Below, in pieces: positions 30,921 to 42,227 of a stretch of DNA of 64,000 nucleotides. Source of the stretch: an uncultured Chloroflexia bacterium (GTDB lineage: Bacteria; Chloroflexota; Anaerolineae; B4-G1; SLSP01); the NCBI GenBank assembly GCA_963751345.1, contig CAVVUS010000018.1:64001-128000 (forward strand), read 5' to 3'. Position 1 is the first letter of the stretch; each line of letters begins with the position of its first letter. A program made the position numbers and the translations under genes. Under the pieces are notes generated by a model. The model did no database searches and was not told the origin of the DNA. It was given only the letters and a program-made list of their open reading frames with translations.

Positions 30921-30968
30921 TGGTAACGTTATCATGCATCGGGGGAGGACGTTGGAACGTTCCGACGT
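30921..30968 (+). promoter_or_regulatory. Two LacI-family-like operator palindromes upstream of fucI
   Basis: TGGTAACGTTATCA (30921-30934) and ACGTTGGAACGTTCCGACGT (30949-30968), both centred on AACGTT. Confidence 0.55.
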
Positions 30969-31020
30969 TTTGGCATTACGGTGCAAGAGAGCATCACATA
31001 ATCACTGATCAGGAGGTCCT

Positions 31021-32835
<1,815 letters not shown>

Positions 32836-32873
32836 GGCCGGGCAAAGGCAGACCCTCTGGTTTGATCCTCATG

Positions 32874-32915
32874 CGACAAAGCGCCTACCGAGTTCACTCG
32901 GTAGGCGCTTTGTCG
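32874..32915. terminator. Long hairpin terminator after fucI
   Basis: CGACAAAGCGCCTACCGAGT-tc-ACTCGGTAGGCGCTTTGTCG, a perfect 20-bp stem. Confidence 0.8.
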
Positions 32916-33032
32916 TCCGCTTCCGATCCCGCTCCTACCTGACAAGTTGTGCAGCATTACGAATATGGAGACCCGAGGCTTGCATAGTAGCGGATTCTCC
33001 CCAGAATTACGGGAGCACGAAGGGGGGTGACT

Positions 33033-33194
33033 ATGCCGAAAGAAGAGAAGTCGCCGTCGGCGGAGCGGCGATATCCGCCTTTCTGGGAACGGGCCGTTCC
33101 TATCGCGTTGGGTGTGATTGCCTTGGTCGTCGTGGTCTTGCTGATCATTGCCATCGTCATCGTCCTGGGGCTGTTTCCGGCTGCGGCGGCATAA
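33033..33194 (+). CDS. 53-aa single-pass membrane protein (below the ORF-track cutoff)
   Basis: SD AAGGGGGGTG; MPKEEKSPSAERRYPPFWERAVPIALGVIALVVVVLLIIAIVIVLGLFPAAAA. Confidence 0.7.
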   Translation: MPKEEKSPSAERRYPPFWERAVPIALGVIALVVVVLLIIAIVIVLGLFPAAAA

Positions 33195-33245
33195 CAGGCG
33201 AGCACGCCGGCTGTTGGCAAACCCTCGGTGGTTGAGGAGTAATAT

Positions 33246-33968
33246 ATGAACGCAATGAACACGATATTGCCGTTTACTTCGAGTCTCGTCAGCGTCATCT
33301 TTGCTTTCTTTGTGCTTAGACGTTACCTGGCGCGCCGAGGGCTGCATCTCCTGCTTTGGGGCATTGGGATGATCTTCTACGGCATCGGTGGCTTCTGCGA
33401 GGGATACTATGGCGCCTTTGGGTGGAGCCCCCTGGTTTTCCGGCTATGGTACCTTTTCGGGGCGATCTTGGTCGCTGCCTGGCTGGGACAGGGCACAGTC
33501 TACTTGCTGGTGAAGCGGTCGTGGGCCCACGCCCTGATGGTCGTGTTGGCCTTGGGCTCTCTCTACAGCGCGTTTCGCGTCTTCGGTGCGGAGCTCGATC
33601 CGAGTCTGATGACGACGAGCCTCCACACGGGGAGCGAGATGAGCGGCCACGCGATTGTGACCCCAGGTGTTCGGATGCTGACGCCGTTCTTCAACGTCTA
33701 CGGGACGATCACGCTGGTGGGGGGCGCGGGCTACTCCATATGGCTGTTCTGGCGCAAACGCGTGCTTCTGCATCGAACGATTGGCAATATCTTCATCGCG
33801 GTGGGCGCGATTCTCCCGGCGTTTGGCGGCACCTTCAGCCGGGTGGGCTTCGCCGGCGCGCTTTACGTAAGCGAGTTCTTGGGCGCGGTCCTGATGTTCA
33901 TCGGCTTTCTGCGGGCCACGACACCGATGCGCGTTCGTGACCCGGCTGCTTCCGCCTCGACGCGCTAG
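33246..33968 (+). CDS. Conserved-type multi-pass membrane protein, unknown function
   Basis: About 7 hydrophobic helices; FRLWYLFGA..AAWLGQGTVYLL. SD GAGGAG. Confidence 0.75.
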   Translation: MNAMNTILPFTSSLVSVIFAFFVLRRYLARRGLHLLLWGIGMIFYGIGGFCEGYYGAFGWSPLVFRLWYLFGAILVAAWLGQGTVYLLVKRSWAHALMVVLALGSLYSAFRVFGAELDPSLMTTSLHTGSEMSGHAIVTPGVRMLTPFFNVYGTITLVGGAGYSIWLFWRKRVLLHRTIGNIFIAVGAILPAFGGTFSRVGFAGALYVSEFLGAVLMFIGFLRATTPMRVRDPAASASTR

Positions 33969-33977
33969 ACACCCAGC

Positions 33978-34602
33978 GTGGACGCCCTCACCGAAACGAG
34001 GTTCGCTCAGGCTATCTCAGATCTTTCAGCTCTTGACCCTGGGCTGGCTCGTGTCATATGCAGGTGGGGCGCTCCTCCCTTCTGGACCCACGAGCCCGGA
34101 TTCCGGGGCCTCGTGCTCGCGATTCTCTCCCAGCAGGTCTCACTGGAGTCGGCGGAGGCTGCGTTTTCCAAGCTCCAAGGACAACTTGGAGAAGGTCACA
34201 CCCGAGCGATTTCTGACGCTGGACGACGCCACGTTGCGCGCGATCGGGTTCAGCCGCCAGAAGGCGGGGTACGTCCGGGGCCTCGCCGAAGCCATCGTCG
34301 GTGGTACCCTCGATCTGGATGCGATTGGGAGGATGGACGATGAAGCGGCCCGACAGGCGTTGATCGCGATCAGGGGAATCGGTCCGTGGACGGCCGATAC
34401 CTACATTCTCTTCTCACTGCGCAGGCCGGACGCCTGGCCATTTGGCGACCTAGCGCTGGCCAAAGCGGTCCAGGAGGTTCGCGGGCTCGACGACCTCCCA
34501 AGCTACGAGGACGTCGACGTCATCGCCGAGAGCTGGCGTCCCTGGCGCGCCGTGGCAGCCCGCATCCTTTGGCATCATTATCTCAGCGAGCGTGGACGGT
34601 AG
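33978..34602 (+). CDS. alkA: DNA-3-methyladenine glycosylase II (AlkA family), apparent frameshift near 34180
   Basis: ILSQQVS, GFSRQKAGY, HhH motif IRGIGPWTA, PDAWPFGDL and WRPWR. Confidence 0.85.
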
Positions 34603-34614
34603 AGGAGGATCTTG

Positions 34615-35496
34615 ATGCGACCACAGATCGTGAGTGACTGGTGGCAAGTGGCGGGTGACCCTGATCTGGGCGCCTATACTACGCCCGAGCAGCAGCCCGT
34701 TGACTTCGCTGTGTGGCAGGCAGCCGACGGCACCTGGCAGCTCTGGTCGTGCATCCGGGGCACGAGCTGTGGCGGGCAGACGCGGCTCTTCTACCGCTGG
34801 GAGGGCGCCGACCTGACTGGACGCCGACTGGCAGCCGATGGGTATCGCGATGGAGGCGCGCACGGATCTCGGCGAGACGCCGGGTGGACTACAGGCGCCC
34901 CACGTGGTCAAAGAGGGCGGCACCTATCATATGTTCTATGGCGATTGGGAGCGCATCTGCCTCGCCCGGAGCGAGGACGGGAAGCTCTTCGAGCGGGTGC
35001 AGGTCAAGGATGGACAGCCCGACGCTCTTCTCGGGGCCCTACGGGAACAGCCGCGATCCGATGGTTCTCAGAATTCACGATACCTACTACTGCTACTACA
35101 CGGGCCATAAGGAGGACGCCAAGCCCGCGGCAGCCGTCTTCTGTCGAACCTCGACCGGACATGCTGACCTGGAGCGATCCCGTGATCGTCAGCGCCGGCG
35201 GGCAAGCGGCCTTGGAGACCGACTGGTACGGCGGCGACTGTGAATGCCCTCACGTGGTTGAGCGGAATGGGCGCTATTGCCTCTTCCGCAACCAGCGCTA
35301 TGGCGCCAACGCGCTCAATACCCAGTATGTTTCACCCGATCCGCTCGATTTCGGCGTGGACGACGACCGCTACCGGGTCGGGACCCTGCCCGTCGCCGCG
35401 CCGGAGATCGTAACCCATGAGGGACGGACCTACATCGCGGCGTTGATGCCCTCGCTCAAGGGTATTCGGATCGCGGAGCTCGATTCGTTGGGTTGA
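34615..35496 (+). CDS. Five-bladed beta-propeller glycoside hydrolase-like protein (GH32/43 clan), apparent frameshifts
   Basis: QPVDFAVWQ, LQAPHVV, RDPMVL and DCECPHVV, recalling the D / RDP / EC triad of clan GH-J. Confidence 0.65.
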   Translation: MRPQIVSDWWQVAGDPDLGAYTTPEQQPVDFAVWQAADGTWQLWSCIRGTSCGGQTRLFYRWEGADLTGRRLAADGYRDGGAHGSRRDAGWTTGAPRGQRGRHLSYVLWRLGAHLPRPERGREALRAGAGQGWTARRSSRGPTGTAAIRWFSEFTIPTTATTRAIRRTPSPRQPSSVEPRPDMLTWSDPVIVSAGGQAALETDWYGGDCECPHVVERNGRYCLFRNQRYGANALNTQYVSPDPLDFGVDDDRYRVGTLPVAAPEIVTHEGRTYIAALMPSLKGIRIAELDSLG

Positions 35497-35517
35497 TTGA
35501 CGCATTGGATAGACGAT

Positions 35518-35551
35518 AGAGCGCCGACTGGATCGATCCAGCCGGCGCTCT
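35518..35551. terminator. Hairpin between convergent genes
   Basis: AGAGCGCCGACTGGATC-GATCCAGCCGGCGCTCT. Confidence 0.6.
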
Positions 35552-35566
35552 GACGTCTGTCGGAGG

Positions 35567-36979
35567 CTACGTCCCCAGCTCCCCGAACCGCGCCATGATG
35601 GCCAGCGCGGGGTCGACGGGGACCTCGGCACGTTTGACGTCCGCAGGGATGTGGATCGTCGGCGTGGGACGGATGGCCTTGCCCGAGAACTGCGGCATCC
35701 ACTGCTTCTCAGCCTCCAGCATCTCGGCGGCCATCTCGCGGATCTCTTTGAGGGTGAGCACCGCGCTCGTCAGCGGGTCCAGCGCGCAGGCGTGGACGAT
35801 GTGCTCGGTATCGCCCGCCATCGCTGCCTCGACCGTCAGCCGCTGGACGTTGATGTTAGTCAGGTTGAGCGCTGCGCACTGCGGCGGCAGGTCGCCCACC
35901 ACAGTCTTGTGCAGACCGAGGCTGTCGACGTAGATCGGGCCCTCGGCACAACAATCGGCGGGCAGGTTGGTGATCATCCCGCCGTTGATGACGTTGCCGT
36001 TGAGCCTGAAGGGCCGGCCGGTCTCAAGCGCCTCGATGACGTAAGAACCGTACTCGATCGAGCGTGACGGCAGGACTCGGGGTTCGTCCGCCAATAGCTC
36101 CGTTCCCGCGTACTTGTCCGCAACGTACTTGCTGAACTTGTAGTACGCACCACTCTCGCCCCCGAAGCCCGGCTCATCGCAGTAGAGATCCAGCGCCTCC
36201 TGGCTGCTGCGGAACCACGGCACGTATTCGGCCAGGTGGCCCGTCGACTCGGTCATAAAGTAGCCGAACTGACGGAAGACTTCGCCACGGACCTTCTCGT
36301 TGACGTAGTATTCGGGCTGCTCGAAGCGCTCACGTAAGATCGGGTACAGGTCCTTGCCTTCGTGCTCGAGCCTGAGAAACCATCCCATGTGGTTGATGCC
36401 GGCGCAGAGGAAGTCGATCTCGTCCTTGGCAACGCCAACGTAGCCCGAGATGAGGTCCATCGTCGTCTGCACGCCGTGGCAGAGCCCGACAAAGGGCACC
36501 TTGGTGGTGCCGATGGCCCACGAGACCATCGCCATTGGGTTGACGTAGTTCAGCAGATAGGCATTGGGGCAGAGCTCCTCCATATCGTGCGCGAGATCGA
36601 GCATCACAGGGATACTTCGCAACGCACGGAAGATGCCGCCGGGCCCCAGCGTATCGCCGATGCATTGATCGACGCCGTACTTCAACGGGATTTCGTAGTC
36701 GGCTTGAAATCCTTGAATGCCGCCGACCTGGAACGTGGCAATGACATAGTCCGCATCCTTGATGGCCTCACGCCGATCCGTTGTGATCCAGACTCTTGCG
36801 GGTAGCTTGTTGACGGCGATGACCTCTTTGACGAAGCTTTCCACCTGGGGTGTGCGCCGCGTGCTGGGCGCCATCAGTGCGAACTCCGTATCCTCCAGAC
36901 CCGGCGTCGCCAGGATATCCAGGACGAGGGTTTTGCAGAAGACGATACTGCCTGCTCCGATAATCGCGACTTTTGCCAT
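35567..36979 (-). CDS. melA: GH4 NAD+-dependent alpha-galactosidase
   Basis: KVAIIGAGSIVF, QCIGDTLGPGGIFRALR, NYVNPM, GLCHG, AGINH and TESTGH. SD GGAGGAG. Confidence 0.92.
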   Translation of the reverse strand: MAKVAIIGAGSIVFCKTLVLDILATPGLEDTEFALMAPSTRRTPQVESFVKEVIAVNKLPARVWITTDRREAIKDADYVIATFQVGGIQGFQADYEIPLKYGVDQCIGDTLGPGGIFRALRSIPVMLDLAHDMEELCPNAYLLNYVNPMAMVSWAIGTTKVPFVGLCHGVQTTMDLISGYVGVAKDEIDFLCAGINHMGWFLRLEHEGKDLYPILRERFEQPEYYVNEKVRGEVFRQFGYFMTESTGHLAEYVPWFRSSQEALDLYCDEPGFGGESGAYYKFSKYVADKYAGTELLADEPRVLPSRSIEYGSYVIEALETGRPFRLNGNVINGGMITNLPADCCAEGPIYVDSLGLHKTVVGDLPPQCAALNLTNINVQRLTVEAAMAGDTEHIVHACALDPLTSAVLTLKEIREMAAEMLEAEKQWMPQFSGKAIRPTPTIHIPADVKRAEVPVDPALAIMARFGELGT

Positions 36980-37003
36980 CGTGCTCCTCCTGTGCAATTG
37001 GTC

Positions 37004-37099
37004 AGAATGGAGAATCAGCGAGTGAGCGAGCAAGCGAAAGTGCGCCTTATCGCTCGCTCGCCTTTTCGTTTATTCGCTGATTCTCTCATTCTCCATTCT
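37004..37099. repeat. Inverted arrays of 7/8-nt tandem units
   Basis: AGAATGG AGAATCAG CGAGTGAG CGAGCAAG CGAAAG ... TCGCTCGC TCGCCTTT TCGTTTAT TCGCTGAT TCTCTCAT TCTCCAT TCT. Confidence 0.7.
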
Positions 37100-38185
37100 T
37101 TATTCTCCAAGGTTCTCGTACAGATAGAGCCCATCTTTCCCGGGTGCTACGACGTCGAGCTTGCCGTTGCCCGTGACGTCGGCGATGGCAAAGGAGATGC
37201 CGCAGCCCTTGCCTTTGCCGGGAGGGCCATAGTCGATGATCTGCTTGGCGAAGCCTTCGCCGGTCCACTTGAAATAGTAGATGCCGACGTCATCAGGGGA
37301 GCCCTGGTCATGGCCGTTGTGCGCACGATAGCGCTTGCCGGTCACCAATTCGCAGGCGCCATCGCCATCAAGATCGACCCACTGCAGGTCGTGGTATTGG
37401 GCGTTGAAGGGGTCGATCGGGTGCTTGACCCATGTGCGGGTCCCATCAGCGCTCACCCGCTGCTCCCACCAGTCCAGTCCGTAACCGTGGCCGTTGCCCA
37501 CGATGAGGTCGTTGATCCCGTTGCCGTTGACGTCCACGACGAGGATCGGCACACTGGAATTCCTGCCCAGCTCGAAGTCGGGATGGAATATCCATTCGCC
37601 TGTGTAGGGGGCCTCCGGCGCCTCGAGCCACCCGTTAATCAGGACGAAGTCCCCGCGTCCGTTGCCGGTGATGTCGCCGAAGCCGAGCCCGTGCCCCTGC
37701 TTCTCCCTGCGGATCGTGTAGGCCATGAACTCCCCTGTACCCTTGCCCGCAGCGTCGGTCACGAGTTTGTAGACCACCAGCGGTGCGCCGGGGGTGTTGG
37801 GCACGATTTCCTGCTGCCCGTCGCCGTCGACGTCCCAGGCACGAGTCGTCTCGACGTTGCCGGTATGGGCGATGACGTGCTCGGGCCATTCCTTACCGGG
37901 ATCGCCGGGGTTCTCCCGCCAGCGGATTGTGTCGCCCCACCAGCCACCGGTGACGAAGTCGAGCCGCCCATTGCCGTTGATATCCATCGGGATCGTCGAG
38001 AAGTCGTCGTAATACTCTCCGATGGCCTGCACCTCTCCTACGGTGTGTTGGGTCTTGATGTCCGCCGTTTCGTACCAGTAGGCACCGGAGACGATGTTGG
38101 GCTTGCCGTCACCGGTGACGTCAAAGGCACCGGCCGACTCAAAGCGTTCGAGCGCAATGAGGGTTTTCTTCCACTTCAGCGGCAT
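37100..38185 (-). CDS. FG-GAP/VCBS-repeat beta-propeller protein
   Basis: Seven D-[VIL]-x-G-[DN]-G repeats (DVTGDG, DINGNG, DVDGDG, DITGNG, DVNGNG, DLDGDG, DVTGNG); no clear signal peptide. Confidence 0.88.
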   Translation of the reverse strand: MPLKWKKTLIALERFESAGAFDVTGDGKPNIVSGAYWYETADIKTQHTVGEVQAIGEYYDDFSTIPMDINGNGRLDFVTGGWWGDTIRWRENPGDPGKEWPEHVIAHTGNVETTRAWDVDGDGQQEIVPNTPGAPLVVYKLVTDAAGKGTGEFMAYTIRREKQGHGLGFGDITGNGRGDFVLINGWLEAPEAPYTGEWIFHPDFELGRNSSVPILVVDVNGNGINDLIVGNGHGYGLDWWEQRVSADGTRTWVKHPIDPFNAQYHDLQWVDLDGDGACELVTGKRYRAHNGHDQGSPDDVGIYYFKWTGEGFAKQIIDYGPPGKGKGCGISFAIADVTGNGKLDVVAPGKDGLYLYENLGE

Positions 38186-38287
38186 GGTATCCTCCATATT
38201 GGACAAAGTGATTGGTGATAGGAAAACCGTGACGATTGACGAGTAACTGGAGTCTGATGTGCAACGTCGAGCATCCGTTATCCAGCC

Positions 38288-39346
38288 TCAGCCTCCCGTC
38301 TGTAGCCGGATGTACTCTCTCGCGATCTTGAGATCCTCCAGTGCCTCCGCGGCCTGGCAGGGGGGCTGGGCCTCGCCCTTGATGGCTGCAACGAAGTTCA
38401 TCGCCTGCTGCCGCATCGCGTGGATCCAGGGCAACTGCGGGATGACCGTCTCCGGTGTGACGCCGTTGCCCGGGTCACGGAAGAGTTCCACGCGCCCCGG
38501 ACGGTTGCTCGCCAGAGGCGCGGGCAGGTCGATCTTCACGTAGCCGTGCTCGAAGCAGACCAGGGCCGATTCCTGCCAATCGATCGATGTCTGGTAAGGT
38601 GACATCTCGATCGTGCAAGCTACGCCGCTCTCGCTTTGCCCGGCGAAGAGGACGCCCGAGGGCTCCGCATAGGTGACTTGATAGGGCTCGCCGAGCAGGT
38701 AACGCATCAGATTGACCTGGTGGATGTAGTAGTTGACGAACGCTGTGTAGCGCTTGTAGGTCTCTGCATCCATATCCGAAGCAGGCGGGTCGCGGTCGAC
38801 GGCGGGATAGCCGCCGGGTATACGGATCAGATCGTTGAAACCACCGGCGACCCAGTCCCCGGCAGGCATCAGAATGCGCACATATGTCATCTTGCCCAGT
38901 TTCCCCGTCTCCTTGAGACGCAGGATCTCGTCTCGTGCGCGCATCGTGGCGGGATCGCTGCGCTTGTGGTAGCCCACCATGTGCCACGTACCACTCGCCG
39001 CGACGGCGTCGGCAACCGCCTGCCCCACCTCGACCGAAGCTGCCAGCGGCTTCTCGGTGAAGATGGGGATCCCGGCCTCCAGCAGTTCAGGCACCAGGAT
39101 ACCGTGGCGATCGAAGGGCTGCGCCGCGACAATACCGTCGAGTTCCTCGTGCTCCAGCATCGACTCGAAAGACGGATAGACGCCGGGAATACCATAGCGG
39201 GCAGCGACAGCCCGGCCCAGATCCTCGCGCAGCTCAGCCAGTGCGACGACCTCGCAATCCGGCACGGTGACGTAGTTCTTGAGATGGGCGCACTGGCCCA
39301 TACTCCCCACGCCCACGAATCCGATTCTTACTTTGCGTTCTGACAT
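38288..39346 (-). CDS. Gfo/Idh/MocA family oxidoreductase
   Basis: RIGFVGVGSMG, EKP motif, VGYHKRSDP and NYYIHQVN. Confidence 0.92.
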   Translation of the reverse strand: MSERKVRIGFVGVGSMGQCAHLKNYVTVPDCEVVALAELREDLGRAVAARYGIPGVYPSFESMLEHEELDGIVAAQPFDRHGILVPELLEAGIPIFTEKPLAASVEVGQAVADAVAASGTWHMVGYHKRSDPATMRARDEILRLKETGKLGKMTYVRILMPAGDWVAGGFNDLIRIPGGYPAVDRDPPASDMDAETYKRYTAFVNYYIHQVNLMRYLLGEPYQVTYAEPSGVLFAGQSESGVACTIEMSPYQTSIDWQESALVCFEHGYVKIDLPAPLASNRPGRVELFRDPGNGVTPETVIPQLPWIHAMRQQAMNFVAAIKGEAQPPCQAAEALEDLKIAREYIRLQTGG

Positions 39347-39408
39347 CGGCACCTCTTTCCAGTTTCGGGATCCGGCGAAATAAGTCTGTGATAACCGGCC
39401 TACCGATT

Positions 39409-40509
39409 CTAAGAGACTGCTTTCCCCACCAGCGCCTTCAGCCCTTGGGCGTAGTAGATGTAGTTGTCCCACGATACGTCGTCAGGGATGAGGTGATCCA
39501 GCGCCGGGATGTAGCGTCCTGCCTCAACCGCCGGTCGGATACGCTCGAGTTCGGCATCAATTGCTGCGGGCCCTACCGCCAGCGTGCGCTTGTCGATGCC
39601 GCCCATCATGGCCAACCTTGGGTATTTCTGCCGCCAGACCGTGACGTCACAGCCTGCAGCGACCTCCATCGGGAAGAGCAGGTTCACCCCGGCCTCGATC
39701 ATAGGGGGCGCGATAAGGTCGGGATTGCCGTCAGTGTCGACGGAGATGACCGGGATGTCGTGTGCATCGGCGAAGGCCTTGATCCGGCGGTAGCAGGGAC
39801 CCAGAAACGCCTTCCAGTGTCGAGGCGAGATCAGGGGGCCTCCACGATAGCACATATCCTCCCAGAGGTGGATCTCGTCGACCCTGACCTCGCCCACGAC
39901 CTTCTCGAAGACGGTCAGATAGATCGACGTCAGGTGCTCCATGATCTCGTGGGCGAGGTCGGGCATCGTGATCAGTGCGATCAAGCCCTCCTCGTCCCCC
40001 ATCAGCCAACGATAGGGGCCGAAGACCCCGGCGTTGGGATAGGCGCCCAAGCGGATGGGATAGCCCTCGCTCATCCACCTACGCCCTACCTCTCTCCAGT
40101 CGCCCTGGAGGCGGTCCGCGTGATCGGGGTCGAGATACATCGCCTTGAACCGCTCCCAGTCCTTGCGATCCTTGACCGGGAACTCAAGGAACTCCGACAT
40201 CGACTCCCCGTGCTTGTAGTCCCGCCGCTTGATGCCCCAACCGTCAATGAAGGTGACGTAATCCTCGTCCTCTTCCAGGATCACCGGCGTGATCGCGGGG
40301 CAAGGGCCTGTGTTGACCGGTAAGCTCCTGGGTAGGGCATCCGTGCCCAAGGCAGCCTGGACATCACCGAAATTGCGGTAGGCGTCCGGCATGCCCTCCT
40401 GACGCCAGCGCTCCCAGGTTCGGCCCCATGGGCCCCAGAAGAGCCAGTAGGGTGCCCGATCGACGGGATTGCCCAGGATTGTGGCCAGAAGCCTTTCTCT
40501 ATCATTCAT
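39409..40509 (-). CDS. Uroporphyrinogen decarboxylase-like (URO-D/MtaA superfamily) protein
   Basis: MNDRERLLAT...PVDRAP, WEDMCYRGGPLISP, VDTDGN, FPMEVAAG, GGIDKR and YIPALDH. Confidence 0.85.
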   Translation of the reverse strand: MNDRERLLATILGNPVDRAPYWLFWGPWGRTWERWRQEGMPDAYRNFGDVQAALGTDALPRSLPVNTGPCPAITPVILEEDEDYVTFIDGWGIKRRDYKHGESMSEFLEFPVKDRKDWERFKAMYLDPDHADRLQGDWREVGRRWMSEGYPIRLGAYPNAGVFGPYRWLMGDEEGLIALITMPDLAHEIMEHLTSIYLTVFEKVVGEVRVDEIHLWEDMCYRGGPLISPRHWKAFLGPCYRRIKAFADAHDIPVISVDTDGNPDLIAPPMIEAGVNLLFPMEVAAGCDVTVWRQKYPRLAMMGGIDKRTLAVGPAAIDAELERIRPAVEAGRYIPALDHLIPDDVSWDNYIYYAQGLKALVGKAVS

Positions 40510-40714
40510 CGAGCCTGTGTCCTCACGATGATCGGCAATGGATCGATCTCACGCAGATCTATGATAGTCGAGGGTCCGGCGGCTGGCAATGCTCTCTCAT
40601 TTGTATGAGTTGTGGGTGATTGGAACAGGTCCGACTATCTCTGATATAATGCCGTTGTCGGATGACGGTTGGGTGCGGTCGCAAAGTGCGGCGTGGTTGT
40701 GAGAAAGGGTGCGT

Positions 40715-41566
40715 ATGCCGAGACGTGGGTTGGGTCGTGGATTGGATATGCTGATACCGGCTGGTGAGCCCGAGGCGGATGGGCTGCGGCGGATCCCTAT
40801 CGACCAGATCTCGCCCAATCCCCACCAACCGCGGACCAGGTTATCGGAATCCACGCTGGAGGATCTCGCCGCTTCGATCCGCGAGCACGGCATCATCCAG
40901 CCTCTGGTCGTCACGCGTGACGACAATGGCGACTACCAGCTCATCGCGGGCGAGCGTCGGTGGCGTGCATCCAGGCTGGCGGGGCTGGATGAGGTTCCCG
41001 CGATCGTCAAGGAGGCCGCTCCTCAGGAGATGCTGGAGCTGGCCCTGGTCGAGAATATCCAGCGCGCGGACCTGAACCCCCTGGAAGAGGCTCTGGCCTA
41101 CCAGCACTTGGTCGATGAGTTCGGATTGTCGCAGGGCGAGGTGGCACAGCGCGTGGGCAAGAGCCGCCCCGCCATCACCAACCTGATGCGCTTACTCTCG
41201 GCTTCCGAAGCCGTGCGTCAGGCCTTGCTTGACGGCGATGTCACCGAGGGGCACGGCAGGGCGCTGCTCGGGCTGGATACGGATGTGGCTCAAGACGCGG
41301 CCCTTCACACGGTGATTCAGGAAGAATTGACGGTCAGGGAGACGGAAGCGTTAGTACGTCAACTCCGCCAACCCAAAGAAACGGTGCGCTCACGGGCGGA
41401 GGGCAACGATCCGCACATTCGGGCTCTCGAGGAGCGCTTCTGCGAGGCGCTGGGAACTCGCGTTCGCGTGAAACACGGCAAGAAGCAGGGCCGTGTGGTG
41501 ATCTACTATTATTCTGATGAGGAGTTTCAGGCCCTCTACGAACGGTTGACGGGCCAGGAACTCTAG
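40715..41566 (+). CDS. parB: ParB/Spo0J chromosome partitioning protein
   Basis: RRGLGRGLDML, PNPHQPR, GIIQPL, LIAGERRWRA, ENIQRADLNPLEEA and an HTH. Own extended -10 TGaTATAAT at 40642-40650. Confidence 0.95.
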   Translation: MPRRGLGRGLDMLIPAGEPEADGLRRIPIDQISPNPHQPRTRLSESTLEDLAASIREHGIIQPLVVTRDDNGDYQLIAGERRWRASRLAGLDEVPAIVKEAAPQEMLELALVENIQRADLNPLEEALAYQHLVDEFGLSQGEVAQRVGKSRPAITNLMRLLSASEAVRQALLDGDVTEGHGRALLGLDTDVAQDAALHTVIQEELTVRETEALVRQLRQPKETVRSRAEGNDPHIRALEERFCEALGTRVRVKHGKKQGRVVIYYYSDEEFQALYERLTGQEL

Positions 41567-41588
41567 GTGGTGCTTGTCCTGGGCGGGT

Positions 41589-42227
41589 TCAGACGGTCTG
41601 TTTGTCCGTCCTCCAGCTAAGCGCATAGACGCAGAGCCCACCCTTCCCCGCGGCATTGTCCACTCTCGTCACTTCCGATTCCGGTCCTGCAAGTAACTGC
41701 ACCATATGCCGGTCGATCTGGCAGGTCTCAACGTGAGTCTGGCTGACGTGGAAGTAGGGACAACTGCTGACATAGATCATGTAGACGTCGTCCTCATCCT
41801 TCTGCCAGCGCGACGTGTAGCCCTGCTGGTTGAGGAAGGTCACCACACTCTCCACGCGCGCTTGTGGCTCCTCGGGCAGCGTCCCCGCCCGCTGAGCGAT
41901 GCGCTTTGCCGCTCGCTCCAAGAGAGCGTCTCGCTCCTCGGGTATCATGCACTCCTCGATGGAGCCCAACAGCGCCGATGCCAGGCCGCTGTAGTTGTTT
42001 GGGAACAGATCGGCTGCCGTGGAGGTGAGATGATAGACATACCGGGGTCTTCCGGGGCGATTTGAACGGCGAACCTCGGGATCGGATATGTAGCCTTCCG
42101 ATCGCAAGATTTCGAGATGGTGGCGCACTGTGACGCTGGTGAGCCCCAACTCATTACTGAGTTCCTGGACGGTCACCTCGCCATGACGCTTCATAATCTC
42201 TAGGATCTGTTGCCTGGTATCTTGCAT
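41589..42227 (-). CDS. ArsR/SufR-like HTH transcriptional regulator
   Basis: TRQQIL...VTVRHHLEIL...PGRPRYVY...FPNNY, with C-terminal CPY, TC and LC cysteines. Confidence 0.8.
   Translation of the reverse strand: MQDTRQQILEIMKRHGEVTVQELSNELGLTSVTVRHHLEILRSEGYISDPEVRRSNRPGRPRYVYHLTSTAADLFPNNYSGLASALLGSIEECMIPEERDALLERAAKRIAQRAGTLPEEPQARVESVVTFLNQQGYTSRWQKDEDDVYMIYVSSCPYFHVSQTHVETCQIDRHMVQLLAGPESEVTRVDNAAGKGGLCVYALSWRTDKQTV

Noticed and set aside
39409-40509. Calling the URO-D-like genes hemE or mtaA
   Set aside because: No HemE RQAGR motif, no HxC zinc motif, and no heme or corrinoid genes nearby.
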